Assembly: GCA_020137815.1 (NCBI GenBank)
Contig: CM035360.1
Span: 806,001 to 870,000, forward strand
Origin: Hormiphora californensis
Taxonomy: Eukaryota > Animalia > Ctenophora
Direction: 5' to 3'
Length of the DNA: 64,000 bases
The position numbers were made by a program, and so were the translations under genes. Positions 1-13,888 of the stretch are shown in pieces; position 1 is the stretch's first letter; each line of letters starts with the position of its first letter. The notes beneath the pieces were generated by a model. The model ran no database searches and was not told the origin of the DNA. It was given only the letters and a program-made list of their open reading frames with translations.

Positions 1-347
1 GTGTCAAAGAAATCAGGAAAGTAACGAGATTTGGTCTCGGTGTGGCCCTGTGCGCGGCTCAAACCCCTTAGCTAGAACTATGTAGTGTAGACTACAACTT
101 TTCAGTGCTCAGTATAACGTTTTGGGCGCGCTATAAAAATAGGGGAAGCCCTTCTGATACCTCTAAACAGAGTGTGAGGTGTCTTCGATACCAACAGCTG
201 ATGTACCTTCAACTTCAGTGTTGCTAGGCCAGTGACATGACTGTAGCGCGCGGTGATTCAAAAGTTATGAAAAGACGCAGCGCAGCACTTGTCGCACCGA
301 CGCCCGTGGGAATCACTATCACAGAAATGCTATTTCAACTTTGGCAG

Positions 348-3300
348 GATCACAGTTCACAGCGAGCATCAAAATATACCGATCGAGTGCTCGATCATCT
401 GGACAGGAAAGAAGATTACAAACTTGTAACAAACCTTCTATTTGAGTTCTTTTCAGGATCCCTCCATGTTGGAGGGGAAAGTTACATTGATACACATTGC
501 TCGAGGGAGTGTTATCTCGAAACAGGGGGAAACAGAGAAATTCCTGACATTTGTGATTTCTGGACACCTTGAAATCACACAACAGGACGTACAGGAGGAC
601 TCCCAGGTTTGTTTACGGGAGGCCTTGTTTTTATTCAAACCCGGTGCGTGCTGACTCACCACGCCCCGGGTTTGATTTCCTAGTTCGACCCTCTGTTCGC
701 GAGTTCTTGTCTCTTACAAATGTAAAGGAAGGGTTAGAACATAACAAGGATTTGAACAAAAACCACTGGTGAGACAGGGTTTAGCAAGGCAAGGGAAGCC
801 CATAACAACTGCCTTAATGTATCAACGTGTTCTATTACAGGTGTACATGTATACAACGAGACTTGGTGAGTTGCTGGGGATCATGTCTGTGTTAACTGGT
901 GACCCCAGTCAGGTCACTGTAACTGCCATCAAGCGATCCATCATCCTAACCATCTCCCGGAACGACATTTTCAGGTATGTCAAGATATGGACATGCTTGG
1001 GTCTAAATATGGTCATGGTTTGGTTATTATATGTCCAAATATGGTCATGTAACATATCACCATATATGGGAATGTGTCACATTGTTTCCTAATTCACATA
1101 CTCAATTATCCACACACAGGTTAATTGGCGAGAACCCCTCCACCCTGTTCCGACTAACACAGGAATTTAGTAAGAGGATATCCATGTTCGTTAGGAAGAT
1201 GGATTATGCTCTGGGGTGGAGCAGCATTGAGGCGGGTCATGCGCTGTACAGGTAATTAGTTAATGATTAAATTAGATAATTCAATTCATTAAATTAGTTG
1301 TTTTATTATCTAAATAGTAAAATAATTTTCGATTTCCTCTACAGACAGGGAGAGCCGTCCCATAGTACATACATTGTGCTAAGTGGCAGGTTGAGGTCTG
1401 TGTTTGAATCTGAGCAGGGGCATAAAGAAATTGTGTCTGAATTTGGTAGGGGTGACACCATTGGAGTTATCGAGTTCGCAACCGGTAAGTGAATAACATC
1501 TTCCGATATAAGACTTTTATTTTTCTCTCAAATAGCACATTGACACTAAATTGTCCTGGATAATGCTAACGTAAGAATATCATAATTAAACGTCTCGATG
1601 ATTGGTTCCGGGGTTTCTAAAAATAAAAGGACCATCACTATTGTAGGATCAACCCGGACCATGACGGTGTTGGCAGTGAGAGACACGGAGCTTGGCAAGA
1701 TTCCAGAGGGTCTTCTGAACACTATCAAGCTGATCCATCCCAAGACGGTATCTCGGTTAATTAGCCTTCTGGGGCATCAAATCCTGGGGCAGTACAAGAG
1801 GAAACACGGAGGTTCTTTGTCCTCCCTTTCAATGAGTATGTTGACTTTGTTTGTTTGTTTGTTTGTTTGTTTGTTTGTTTGTTTGTTTGTTTGTTTGTTT
1901 GTTTGTTTGTTTGTTTGTTTGTTTGTTTGTTTGTTTGTTTGTTTGTTTGTTTGTTTGTTTGTTTGTTTGTTTGTTTGTTTGTTTGTTTGTTTGTTTGTTT
2001 GTTTGTTTGTTTGTATTCAAATGACAGTATGACACCATGTAACCCTTTCAGCTCAGCCAACTCGTATTGCTCCCAACACAAATCTTTCAACGGTGGCCCT
2101 CATTCCCTGCTCTAGACATGTTAGTACACCATACCATATATGGGCATCTCGTGACAATCCCTTATATGGGCAGCATGTGACACACACCCACCCCTCAGGT
2201 TCCATTGGATGCGTTCTCAGCTGCTCTCTGCTCGGCAATCAACACCATTGGACCTTGCATGCGGCTTACCGCATCTCTAATTCTAAAACAACTTGGATCT
2301 GATGCCTTGAACAGGTTAGAAACAACACCAATAGCATTCCAATATCACTTTCACAAACACGGATTCGCGGATCGTGGATGAATTTTTCGAATCCGTGGAT
2401 TCTAAAAATTTATCCACCATCCTCGAATCTGCGATTGTAACAGATCGATCCTGACTTGATTCCCCCTCACAGTGTGTACGAGTGTCAGCTGACAAACCAC
2501 CTCAACTCAATCGAGGACCAGAACAGGATCGTCCTATACCAGGCAGACCCCGCCATGACCCCCTGGACTCACCAGTGTATCAGGCAGGCTGATGTGATCC
2601 TGATTATTGCCAATGCAAATGAGAATCCTGAGGAGTGTGGACCTATTGAGGTGGGTAGTGGGACGGTTTTGTGGTTTATCATTGAGGGAGTAGTGGGTAG
2701 TGGGTAGTGGGTAGTGGGTAGTGGGTAGTGGGTAGTGGGTAGTGGGTAGCGGGTAGCGGGTAGCGGGTAGCGGGTAGCGGGTAGCGGGTAGCGGGTAGTG
2801 GGACAGTTTTGTGGTGAGAATTGTGGTTTTTGAGGTAGGGTGCAACCGCCAACCAGACTTCACTTTCATAATATAGACTTCTTCAACATTCTATCCCCAA
2901 ACTCCTGAATTATCTCTCCTACTTTCACCTTCTTTTCCATCACACATTTCCCTCATTTTCCAAACCAGATCTCCCTGAACGCCATGACGTCAGTCCGAGC
3001 CCAGAAGGAGCTCATCTTGTTACACCCGGACCACGCCAGGGAACCCACCAACACGGTGTCTTGGCTCAATGCCAGGGGCTGGGTTTCATCCCATCTGCAC
3101 GTGCGGTGTCCCGAGTACATTCTGAGCAATGAACTTCCAATACATGTGAGTTATAGAGTTGGGATCTAAAAACTGTAAACAGTTCATTATATACTCGAGT
3201 TAATTTCCGCTACGGTCACTTCTTTCCAAGTACCAAAATTACTCGTGTTTTAATTGTCTATTTATTTTATTTTGTTTTTCCCGCAGTCGGAGGATTTCAA

Positions 3301-3534
3301 CCCCCATTCTGATATGGCGAGGGTAGCCCGGCGACTTACTGGAACCTCCATCGGGGTAGTTTTGGGGGGTGGTGGTGCGAGGGGTATAGCCCAGGTGGGA
3401 ATTTTACAGGCTCTACAGGATCACGGTGAGTGTTGTTCAATGTTTCTCTCTCTCTCTCTGTCTATCTCTCTCTCTCTCTGTCTATCTCTCTCTCTCTCTG
3501 TCTCTCTCTCTGTCTCTCTCTCTCTCTTTCTCTC

Positions 3535-3628
<94 letters not shown>

Positions 3629-6600
3629 TCTCTCTCCCTCTCTCCCAGGTATCCCAGTTGACATGGTAGGTGGAACGTCCATAGGGGCCCTTATGGGTGC
3701 ACTCTACGCTGACGAGACTGATGTGGACGAAATGAGGGAACGGGCTTCAACATTTTCTGCTGGTATGGCACGATTGTGGAACAAGATCGTGGACCTCACC
3801 TACCCTTACACATCTATGTTCAGTGGATATCGATTCAACCAAGGTGAGACCAAATCTCCAAATGAAGTTGTAAGGAGTGCGCCAGGGAATAGTGGTAGTG
3901 GCATGGTAGTGGTAGTGGTAGTGGCATTTTGTAGCGGATAATGATCCACAGTACACTCTAATACACTCTAATTGATGTTAGCATTGTGTGACTTTTTATT
4001 ACAACTTCATATCAGGTCTGTATGATGCTCTCGGAGATAAGCTCATTGAGGACTTGTGGATACCCTACTTTTGTGTGTCAACAGATCTTACCTCCAGCGA
4101 GGCAAGGGTCCACACCCAGGGGTGTCTATGGAGGTAATTATAGAATTATAATGAAATAGGAAAATAGCCAAAAGAGGTATGCAAACGGAGTTTTCCCAAT
4201 CCCCACTAGCGGGCAGTGGGTGTTGATTTGGTGCGGCCCATAGATCTTATCTCACGAGGCAAACATTTTAGAGTTATTTTTTAAAACAACTGATTATAGG
4301 TTGTTACTAATTAGAGTTACTAATTAGAGTTACTAGTTCGAGTTATTGATTGGAGTTTTTGATTAGATTTAGAGTTACCAATTTGATTTTGTTTGATTGA
4401 AGAAAATTGATATAGAACAAAATATAGAAAAGTACAAAAACAAACACACTAAAATCAGTCCGTAATTTGTTCCGTCACCGTGCGAGGAAAATCGCAAAAC
4501 TCATTAAAAATCAAAAAAACACAAAACAGTTTCTTGAAAATCCATATGCGCTTGTGGGAAAGTTAGTTCCACAGGAATATGAAGCTGGAGGATGGATATG
4601 TGTGGGGGTAAACGGGAACGCTATAAGGGAATAAAGCTAGAAGGGAAAGAGGTACCCACCTCAATTCTCAAGGGGAGCACCCAGGGCAAACGAGTTAGCC
4701 CGGCAAGATCGAAGGCCAACGGTCAATTCGATTATACCGGGGGCGACCCACTCAACCCGGGCCCTCCCCAAGCGAAGAAGGGGTGTTGGGGTTAGGGTTA
4801 GATCAATTAGAGTTACTAATTGGAGATACTTATTAGAGTTACTAATTAGATTTAATAATTAGATTTAATAATTACAGTTACTAATTAGTGTTATTTTAAT
4901 TATAGTTACTAATTAGATTTACTAATTAGACTCCTATCAGGTATGTGAGAGCCAGTATGACCCTATCGGGGTACCTGCCGCCCCTTTGCGACCCACAAGA
5001 TGGACATCTCCTGGTGGATGGAGGTTATGTCAACAACCTACCCGCTGATGTTATGCTACAGAAAATGGGTGCACAAACTGTGGTAGCAGTGGATGTAGGT
5101 GGGCAGGTAAGAAATACAGTCGGACCCCGATTTAACAGCACCCTCGGGGGAAAAGGTTTTGTCCGTTAAATCGGGGTGTCCGCTAAATTGGGGTCAAATA
5201 TTGTTAATTTCTTATATCGGGGGAAGATTATGCTGCCGTTAAATCGGGGTGCCGCTAAATCGGGGGCTGTTAAATCGGGGTCCGACTGTAGAAACAAATT
5301 TTTATTCAAGGATCATCCCCCAGTCCCCACCCCCAAATACCCAACAAGTATAATAGGGCCCACTAACTCTCCCTACTGTAGTCTGATAATGTGTTTGATA
5401 ACTTTGGGGATGGTCTCTCTGGTTGGTGGATTCTGTGGAACCGGTACATGCCTTTTGGAAAGTCCCTGAAAATACCTAATATGGCTGAAATCCAGAGCAG
5501 ACTGGCGTATGTCAGCTGTGAGAGACAACTGGCACAGGTATGTAAAATCTTACAATTATATTCATCTTTAGATAACCTTCAGATAATTCTAATACCAGCG
5601 CCGAGCAGCGAGAAACTACGTTAAATTTCAGCAGAGTATTTGTAATTAAAAACGCACATAAAGCTTTAAGCTATGCAGTATGCATATTATGCAGTCCTAA
5701 AATGTATAACGCAGTCCTAACATTTATATTGTGGTGCTAATTCTAACATCTACGTGACTGCAGGTATCGGGGATGGAGAATTGTTACTACATGAGGCCGC
5801 CCATTGACCGGTTTGCGACTCTCCAATTTGGAGCATTTGATGAAATCGAGGAGTGTGGTTATGTGTACGGTACTGATGTGGTTTCCGCGTGGGTTAAAGG
5901 TCAGTGTGGTTATTACACCACCACCTACGTTAGGTTTTTATTTGTTGAGTAAGGGGTACTTACTAAACAAGTTTCTACCCCCCCCATTTGATATATCAAA
6001 CAGATATTGTATAACAGATTGCAGAGCTGTGACTAGCCCTACAATAATTATACCCATCTTTATTGTGTATACCTGTGTGGAACATAATACCGATACTGCT
6101 GCAAAAAGCTGCCAAACTTTTGCAGTTATGTATGGTTGTCCCACCTCCAAACCCCCGGTTTTGCCCCGGGGCACTTGCCAGTGCTGTGATTGCTAACTAC
6201 CCATTCCCAGAGCTCCCATAAAAAAGATAGGGAAAACACCCGTCATCAACTCCCAGATACTACACTATAGGGCCTATACTATAGTATAGGCCCAACATAC
6301 TCAGTTTCCTGCAAAGGGGAGGTTCTATGTTCCAAACTCCCTCGGCAGTACAGGTCCTCTCAGAACTACCGTCTAGCACGTGCTTCTTTTGGCAGTTAAT
6401 AGTCACTGTCTGTCCAGAAACCGTATCGTTCCAACTTCCTTGCACAGATCCGTCCACGGTAAACCCGGGGCACACTGATGGAATAGAATGTAATATTAGA
6501 TGTTTTAGTAGTAATTCAACGTGTTATACAATCATAATCGAGTAGCACAGTAATTGCTTATGATTTCTTCATTACCTGTTGGTTTTTCTCGGTAGCTATC

Positions 6601-9600
6601 TGATGCGGTGTCATAGGAGGAAAACTTTATCTTCTCCACAACATCTCCTTCCCACTTTGATACACAGCTAGCCACTCTACTATCACTGAACTTATAGTCC
6701 AGTACCTCCACCCCATTGCACTCTATGCTAAGGGTGGTGGCTGTCTTCCGAATTGTCCACGTCTTGTCCACTTCCCCTGGTGGCTGTACTGGGAAGTCAG
6801 TCCATGTGCTGGTGCAGGAGGTGATGTAGTATATTGGGATAGGTGAGGTTAACAACAGACTCACTGTTCCAATATAACTCTCATCTGCAGTGTATATGTG
6901 CACCTCAATCCTCTCACCACTCCCGGTAGTAGAGTCGGTTTTGATTTGAAGAGGAGTACTCTCCAGATCAAATGGTATATAAGTACCACGTATCACTGGA
7001 CTCCACGCTGAAAAATAGCTATCTGATGCGTTGTCATAGGAGCTAAAGGCGATCTTCTTCACATCACCTCCCCACCGTTTTGCACAGCTAGCCTTAGTGC
7101 CGTTACTGAACTGGTAGTTCAGTACCTCCACTTCATTACACTCTACATTGAGGGTGGTGGCCGTCTTTCGAATCGTCCAAATCTTGTCCACTGCCTCTGG
7201 TGGTTGTACTTGGAGTGTAGGGAGGGGGTCCCGGCCGGTGCAGTAGCTGATGTAGTATTGAATTTTAGGTGAGTTGAAGTACACTCTCACAACTCCGACG
7301 TACTGGCTATCTGCAGTAAACGCTTCAACCCGAATCCTATCCTCACTCCCGGCAATAGAGTTGGTTTTGATTTGGAGAGGGGTGCTCTCCAGATCAAATG
7401 GTATGAAACGAACAACTGGATTCCACTCTGAAATAACAAGATTTTAAGTATTTCTAGATAAAACCCGAGAAGTGGTGAGTTGTATAATGAGTTCTATATG
7501 GCGATATATACATTTGTCAGGATTTGCCAAGATACAGGGTATAATCCAAGTAGTTTTTTCTACCGTAAGTGTTGGGGTAACCTCAACTAATCACTGCACT
7601 GGCAAGTGCCCCGTGGCCCTAGGGGGGTCTGGGGGCACAGCCCCCAGCATTGAAAAACCATCCTACCCCTTCTAAGGTCATCCTAGAACATTATAAGATG
7701 AAATCTGAAAGGATAAACTCAGGCGCAGAAAATTTAATTTCGCCCGATTCGGGGGCCAGTGCAGTATACCATACGGATGCGACTTTCGCTCTTTTCGAGC
7801 GTCTACTTAACGATGTTCCCGACAAGCTACGAAGCTGAAATTTTTTATATAAAGCTACCTCAATGATATCTATTAGTGTTAAAAATTTCAAGTGGTTCGA
7901 TGGTTCCGTTCAAAAGTTACGAGGGGGGTCCCAAACGCTTGCTCTGTATACATACATACATACATACATACATACATACATACATACATACATACGCACG
8001 ACCTTTTTACAAACCAAACTGAGCGATTCCAGACAAAACAAACTCAAGACACTCAAAGGCAAATCGTTACCTTGTTCCAGACTAAACTAAACTCAAGACA
8101 CTCTCAACGGCAAAACGTTACCCTGTTCCAGACTAAACTAAACTCAAGACACTCTCAAAGGCAAAACGTTACCTGCTCCAGCTTAATATAAACCTTAGGA
8201 ATTGATTTAGGCCAGGAGTAGTGTGATACCCCTGTCGACGTCGTGCGGCTCACGCCGCTCGGCGTCGCCAGTGGTTGACCACGGTCTTCCTGGAGCGTCT
8301 GAAGTAACATGCTCTGCATAAACTGATTGGTGGGTGCCCTTGCTACGGCGGAGTGGTGGACGTGCTGGGGCGCCTAATAAGCGTGCTCGGTGCGGCCGCC
8401 GCTACTTTCGGGCAGGTCACTCGCCAGACGCAGCAAGTACAAACAAACAAACAAACAAACTGAGCAAAAACGGCTGGATTTAGAGCTTTTTGTCCCGGGG
8501 ACGACCCCCCATAAATCGACTATTCTACATGTCGTAGGCTATATAAAATTTTGATTTGAGCATGGGAAGTCATTAATTATGCATAATTTATGTATAATTT
8601 TATGATTATTTCGGTATTGGCTGTTGTAAGGACATTTTAAAGAACATATTTCGACGCAGAATGGTCGATTTATGGGGGGTTGTCCCCCAGACAAAAAGTC
8701 GTATCTTGCACCGTTTAGCCGTTATTTGCATATTTATGCGCCGATTTTTGATTTAGTGCATATTCTGAATATTTCCACTTCAGCTGATCCTAGAATGCTT
8801 TAATGGACATATTTCGACGCAGAATGGTCGATTTATGGGGGGTTGTCCCCCGGACAAAAAGTCGTATCTCGTACCGTTTAGCTGTTATTTGCATATTTAT
8901 GCACAGATTTATGATTTAATGCATATTCTGAATATTTCCACTTCAGCTGGTCCTAGAATGTTTTCATGGACATATTTCGACGCAGAATAATCGATTTATG
9001 GGGGGTCGTCCCCCAGACAAAAAGTCGTATCTCGTACCGTGTAGCTGTTATTTGCATATTTATGCGCAGATTTATGATTTAATGCATGGTGACCTACAAC
9101 TATGGCTCATGCAACTATGGCTCATAGAATCTATGAGCCATAGATGCATGCAACTATGGCTCATAGATTTTATGAGCCATAGATGCATACAACTATGGCT
9201 CAAAGAAATGTGATCTGATTAGGTTCTATGAGCCAAAGCTAGTGAGAGTGAGAGGGACGTGAGTGACACGTGAGTGACACGTGAATGACACGTGAGTGAC
9301 ACGTGAATGACACGTGAGTGACACGTGAGAGATCGAATACATATAATATTGAATGAGCACAATATGAATAATGAGCACAAATGTAAACGATTTACATAAT
9401 AATAAATCTAATATTACATAATTAAAATTACACTATCAGTTCATCTTGGATATAATGGTAAAAGGGGTCCTTCTTTGGACAGTTCATAGAGCTTTTCACG
9501 TGAATCAGCAGCTCCTTAACACGATGTTTATTCAAATCTATGATCGGGTAGGTACTAAACAGCCGCCTTGCATTATCACTATCAGGATCCACAGTAAAAA

Positions 9601-11802
9601 ACTCTCCAACAGGTCTGATTTTCGAGAAAGTAGTATAGGTATACCTATAGGATGTTCCCAGAAATTGCCTGACTAAAGTTTCTGATCTTTCACACTCTTC
9701 CAAAACCTCCCGGCACTCGTTGAACGTTGTAGTGTTGTTAGTGACGTCGATAACAATTATAGCTAGTGAATCCACTAACAAATTCTAATGAGTGGGGTGG
9801 ATATGTGACAGTGTCACATATCCACCCCCTCACTGACACGATTCTGGGATGCGTCATTAGCAGAGTGAAACGATACGAGATACGAAACTTATGATTCGGG
9901 GGAGCTCATTAGCAGTGTGAGACGATACGGTATGTGGAACATGATTCGGGGAAGCTTATTAGGAGTGTTAGACACTAAAATGAAACACGATTCGGAGAAT
10001 GTTTTATCGCTCTTTCTATCTATCTCTATCTATCTCTATCTCTATCTCTTTTTGTCAATTATCTTGGACTTGAGAACCAGATGAGGTGCCTACCATTATA
10101 CTATAATGCGAGGTGACGCTACACACTTGAGTTTAGTGCCCTTATTTTTGGTAATAAGAGCCTATCGGCTCGCCTCATTGTTTTTAGGAGGATATGTTGT
10201 TTTAGATGGAATGCGTTGGGTTTCATTTATCTGTCTTGCCAAACAGACCAAATTCAAACCATTCCATCTAAAACAACAACATATAATCTGGATGTCGGCT
10301 GAGCCGACATCCAGATAAAAAAGGAAAAGGAGTATGGACAAAAATAAGGGCACCAAAGTTTGTAGCTTCCTCGCATTAGTATGGGTAGGTATCTCATCTG
10401 GTTCTCAAGATAATTGACAAAAAGAGATAGAGATAGATAGAAAGAGCGATAAAATGCATTCTCCGAATCGTGTCTCATATCGTCTAACACTCCTAATAAG
10501 CTTCCCCGAATCATGTTCCACATACCGTATCGTCTCACACTACTAATGAGCTCCCCCGAATCATAAGTTTCGTATCTCGTATCGTTTCACCCTGCTAATG
10601 GCGCATCCCAGAATCGTGTCGGTGAGGGGGGGGGGGGTGGATATGTGACACTGTCACATATCCATCCCGCTCATTAGAATTTGTTAGTAGATTCACTAGC
10701 TATAGTTGTTATCGACGTCACTAACAACACTACTTAACGTTCAACGAGTAGCGGGAGGTTTTGGAAGAGTGTGAAAGATCAGAAACTTTAGTCAGACAAT
10801 TTCTGGGAACATCCTACCTAATACTACTTTCTCGAAAATCAGACCTGTTGGAGAGTTTTTTACTGTGGATCCTGATAGTGATAATGCAAGGCGGCCGTTT
10901 AGTACCTACCCGATCATAGATTTGAATAAACATCGTGTTAAGGAGCTGCTGATTCACGTGAAAAGCTCTATGAACTGTCCAAAGAAGGACCCCTTTTACC
11001 ATTATATCCAAGATGAACTGATAGTGTAATTTTAATTATGTAATATTAGATTTATTATTATGTAAATCGTTTACATTTGTGCTCATTATTCATATTGTGC
11101 TCATTCAATATTATATGATTCGATCTCTCACGTGTCACTCACGTTTCATTCACGTGTCACTCACGTGTCACTCACGTGTCACTCACGTCCCTCTCACGTC
11201 CCTCTCACTCTCACTAGCTTTGGCTCATAGAACCTAATCAGATCACATTTCTATGAGCCATAGTTGTATGCATCTATGGCTCATAAAATCTATGAGCCAT
11301 AGTTGCATGCATCTATGGCTCATAGATTCTATGAGCCATAGTTGCATGAGCCATAGTTGTAGGTAATCTTAATGCATATTCTGAATATTTCCACTTCAGC
11401 TGGTCCTAGAACGTTTTCATGGACATATTTCGACGCAGAATAATCGATTTATGGGGGGTCTTCCCCCGGACAAAAAGTCGTATCTCGTACAGTTTAGCCG
11501 TTTTTTGCATATTTATGCACCGATTCATGATTTAATGCATATTCTGAATATTTCCACTTCAGCTGGCCCTAGAACGTTTTCATGGTCATATTTCGACGCA
11601 GAATAGTCGATTTATGGGGGGTCGTCCACGGAACAAAAAGTCGTATCTCGTACCGTTTAGCCGTTATTTGCATATTTATGATACCTGTTTACAAAAATCC
11701 TGAGAAACTAGACCAAAAAACAAAGGAAATTTGTTTGGAACACCCGTGGCCTTTTGTCGATACTTGACGCTGCGGGAAATGCACCCTTCGTCAGGGCAAG
11801 AC

Positions 11803-11853
<51 letters not shown>

Positions 11854-13845
11854 AGAGAGAGTGTGTGTTTGTGTGTATGCGTGTGCTAGAACTTGGAGAG
11901 AGATGGCACAACGATACCTAGTAGCTCAGTTGCCAAGCTAGACTGCCTTTCGCGAGCCCCGCACAAATGTAAAGGGAGGGTTAGAACATAACAAGTAGCT
12001 CAGTTTATGGGTGCATTTCCCGCAGCGTCAAGTATCGACAAAAGGCCACGGGTGTTCCAAACAAATTTCCTTTGTTTTTTGGTCTAGTAAAGAGGATTAT
12101 TAAAATTACCTCCTTGTTCCTTCCGGTAGCTGTCAGATGCAGTATCGCGCCAAGGAAATCTTGTCTTCTCCACTACATCTCCTCCCCACTTGTTTAGACA
12201 GTCACCGTCACTGAACTGGTAGTTCAGTACCTCCACACCGTTGCACGTGATGTTAAAGGTTGACAAGATACCTAAAACTTTTCGTATATCGTCTTATTTT
12301 GATTTATCATTAATTTTCAGCATTTTTTCAGAATTTTTTGTCGGCTAGAAAAAAATTCGAAATAGGGGGTCTACCGATATTGTCAGCACTGGTTTTACTG
12401 GGCACACTCACTGCGTCTCGCAAATTGAAATTCACGTTTCCGGTTCCTCAAAAGATAGCTACTTGATCTTGGTTGCGTTGGATTGGTCTCAATAAGGCCT
12501 TTCCAACGCTACCAAAACGGTTTCTGTATCTCATCAGGAACCGGAGATATTCCAGTATCAATTTAAAAAAAGGCACACTCATTTGTCAGTAGACCCCCTA
12601 TTTTGCACATATTTCTAGCCGACAAAAAATTCTGAAAAAATGCTGAAAATTAATGATAAATCAAAATAAGACGATATACGAAAAGTTTTAGGTATCTTGT
12701 CAACCTTTAAAGGTAGTGGCTGTCTTCTGAATTGTCCAAATCTTGTCCACTTCATTTGGTGGTTGTACTGGGAGTGTGGTCCTTGAGCTGGTGCAGGAGC
12801 TGATGTAGTATTGTATATCTGATCTGAAGTACACTTCCACTGTTCCGACATACTGGTTATCTGCAGTGAACGTATCAACCCGAATCTGATCCCCACTCCC
12901 GGCAGTAGAGTCGGTTTTGATTTGGAGAGGGGTGCTCTCCAGATCAAATGGGATACGACTAACTGGAATCCATGCTGAAATGTATTACTGGTATTACTGA
13001 TAATTATAATATTATATTATTATATTATAATATTCGCTCTCTTGGTACTTGCTGTCTGGACGCACCGCGATCCAATCTAAGTGTTCATACTCTTGCCCTA
13101 AAGGAGTGACAAAAACATAGCCATCTCTGAGAACAGTACTGGGTGCAGCTTACCTTCTGTTGCAGGAAACAAGACCAGCAAAAACATGAAAATCAAGAAA
13201 CTCCTCATTCTGGTTATATATCTTGACAGATCAAACACAACAGTCACTGGATAGTTTAAAATAAAGTCACGCAGTCTGTTAGCCAAGTTAGATCGCTCTC
13301 ACTCTATATTTTCTATGGTTCTCTCTAATGCCCTTGTCCTCGAGACATTAGCCGTGCTTTGACTCCTTGAGCTACCTTACTCTCCAAAATTAAGAACAAG
13401 CTTTTAAGCAACCCAAAATTAAAATATAGGAAAATTAAGGGTCTTCTTATTACTAACTCTAAAATTAAGCAAAATTAAGCAATCCTGGAGGGTGCAGATC
13501 ACGAATTAAGAAACCTGTTATTAAGCAAACTTTTATTAGGGAAATCCTACAGAGAGAGTGTTTGGGAAGAGTCACGTGATGTACATCACGTGACTCTTTC
13601 CAGCCAATAGCGCGCGAGTGTAAGATGTAGAAGGGGGAGTCATGGTTGTGTTGCAAAGCACCGAGATAATATAAAGCAATCTCGGGCATGACTAAAAATT
13701 GAGAATTGAGAAAAATTAAAATGCATGAAACTCCATTTTCTGACTACAGTATGTCTGTCTATCTGTCAGTCTATCGGTCTATCTGTCTTGCTCAGAGGGG
13801 GAGTCTTCTTTGTGTTGAAAGACAGAGGTAAATCTTAGAAAGAGA

Positions 13846-13888
<43 letters not shown>

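Noticed and set aside
1761-3682. LSLSLS, ERERER and FVCL ORFs (also 20415-20834, 58959-59464)
   Set aside because: Translations of intronic microsatellites.
12257-12706. MITE as a precisely spliced Introner
   Set aside because: No AG at the far end to restore the frame; it introduces an immediate stop.
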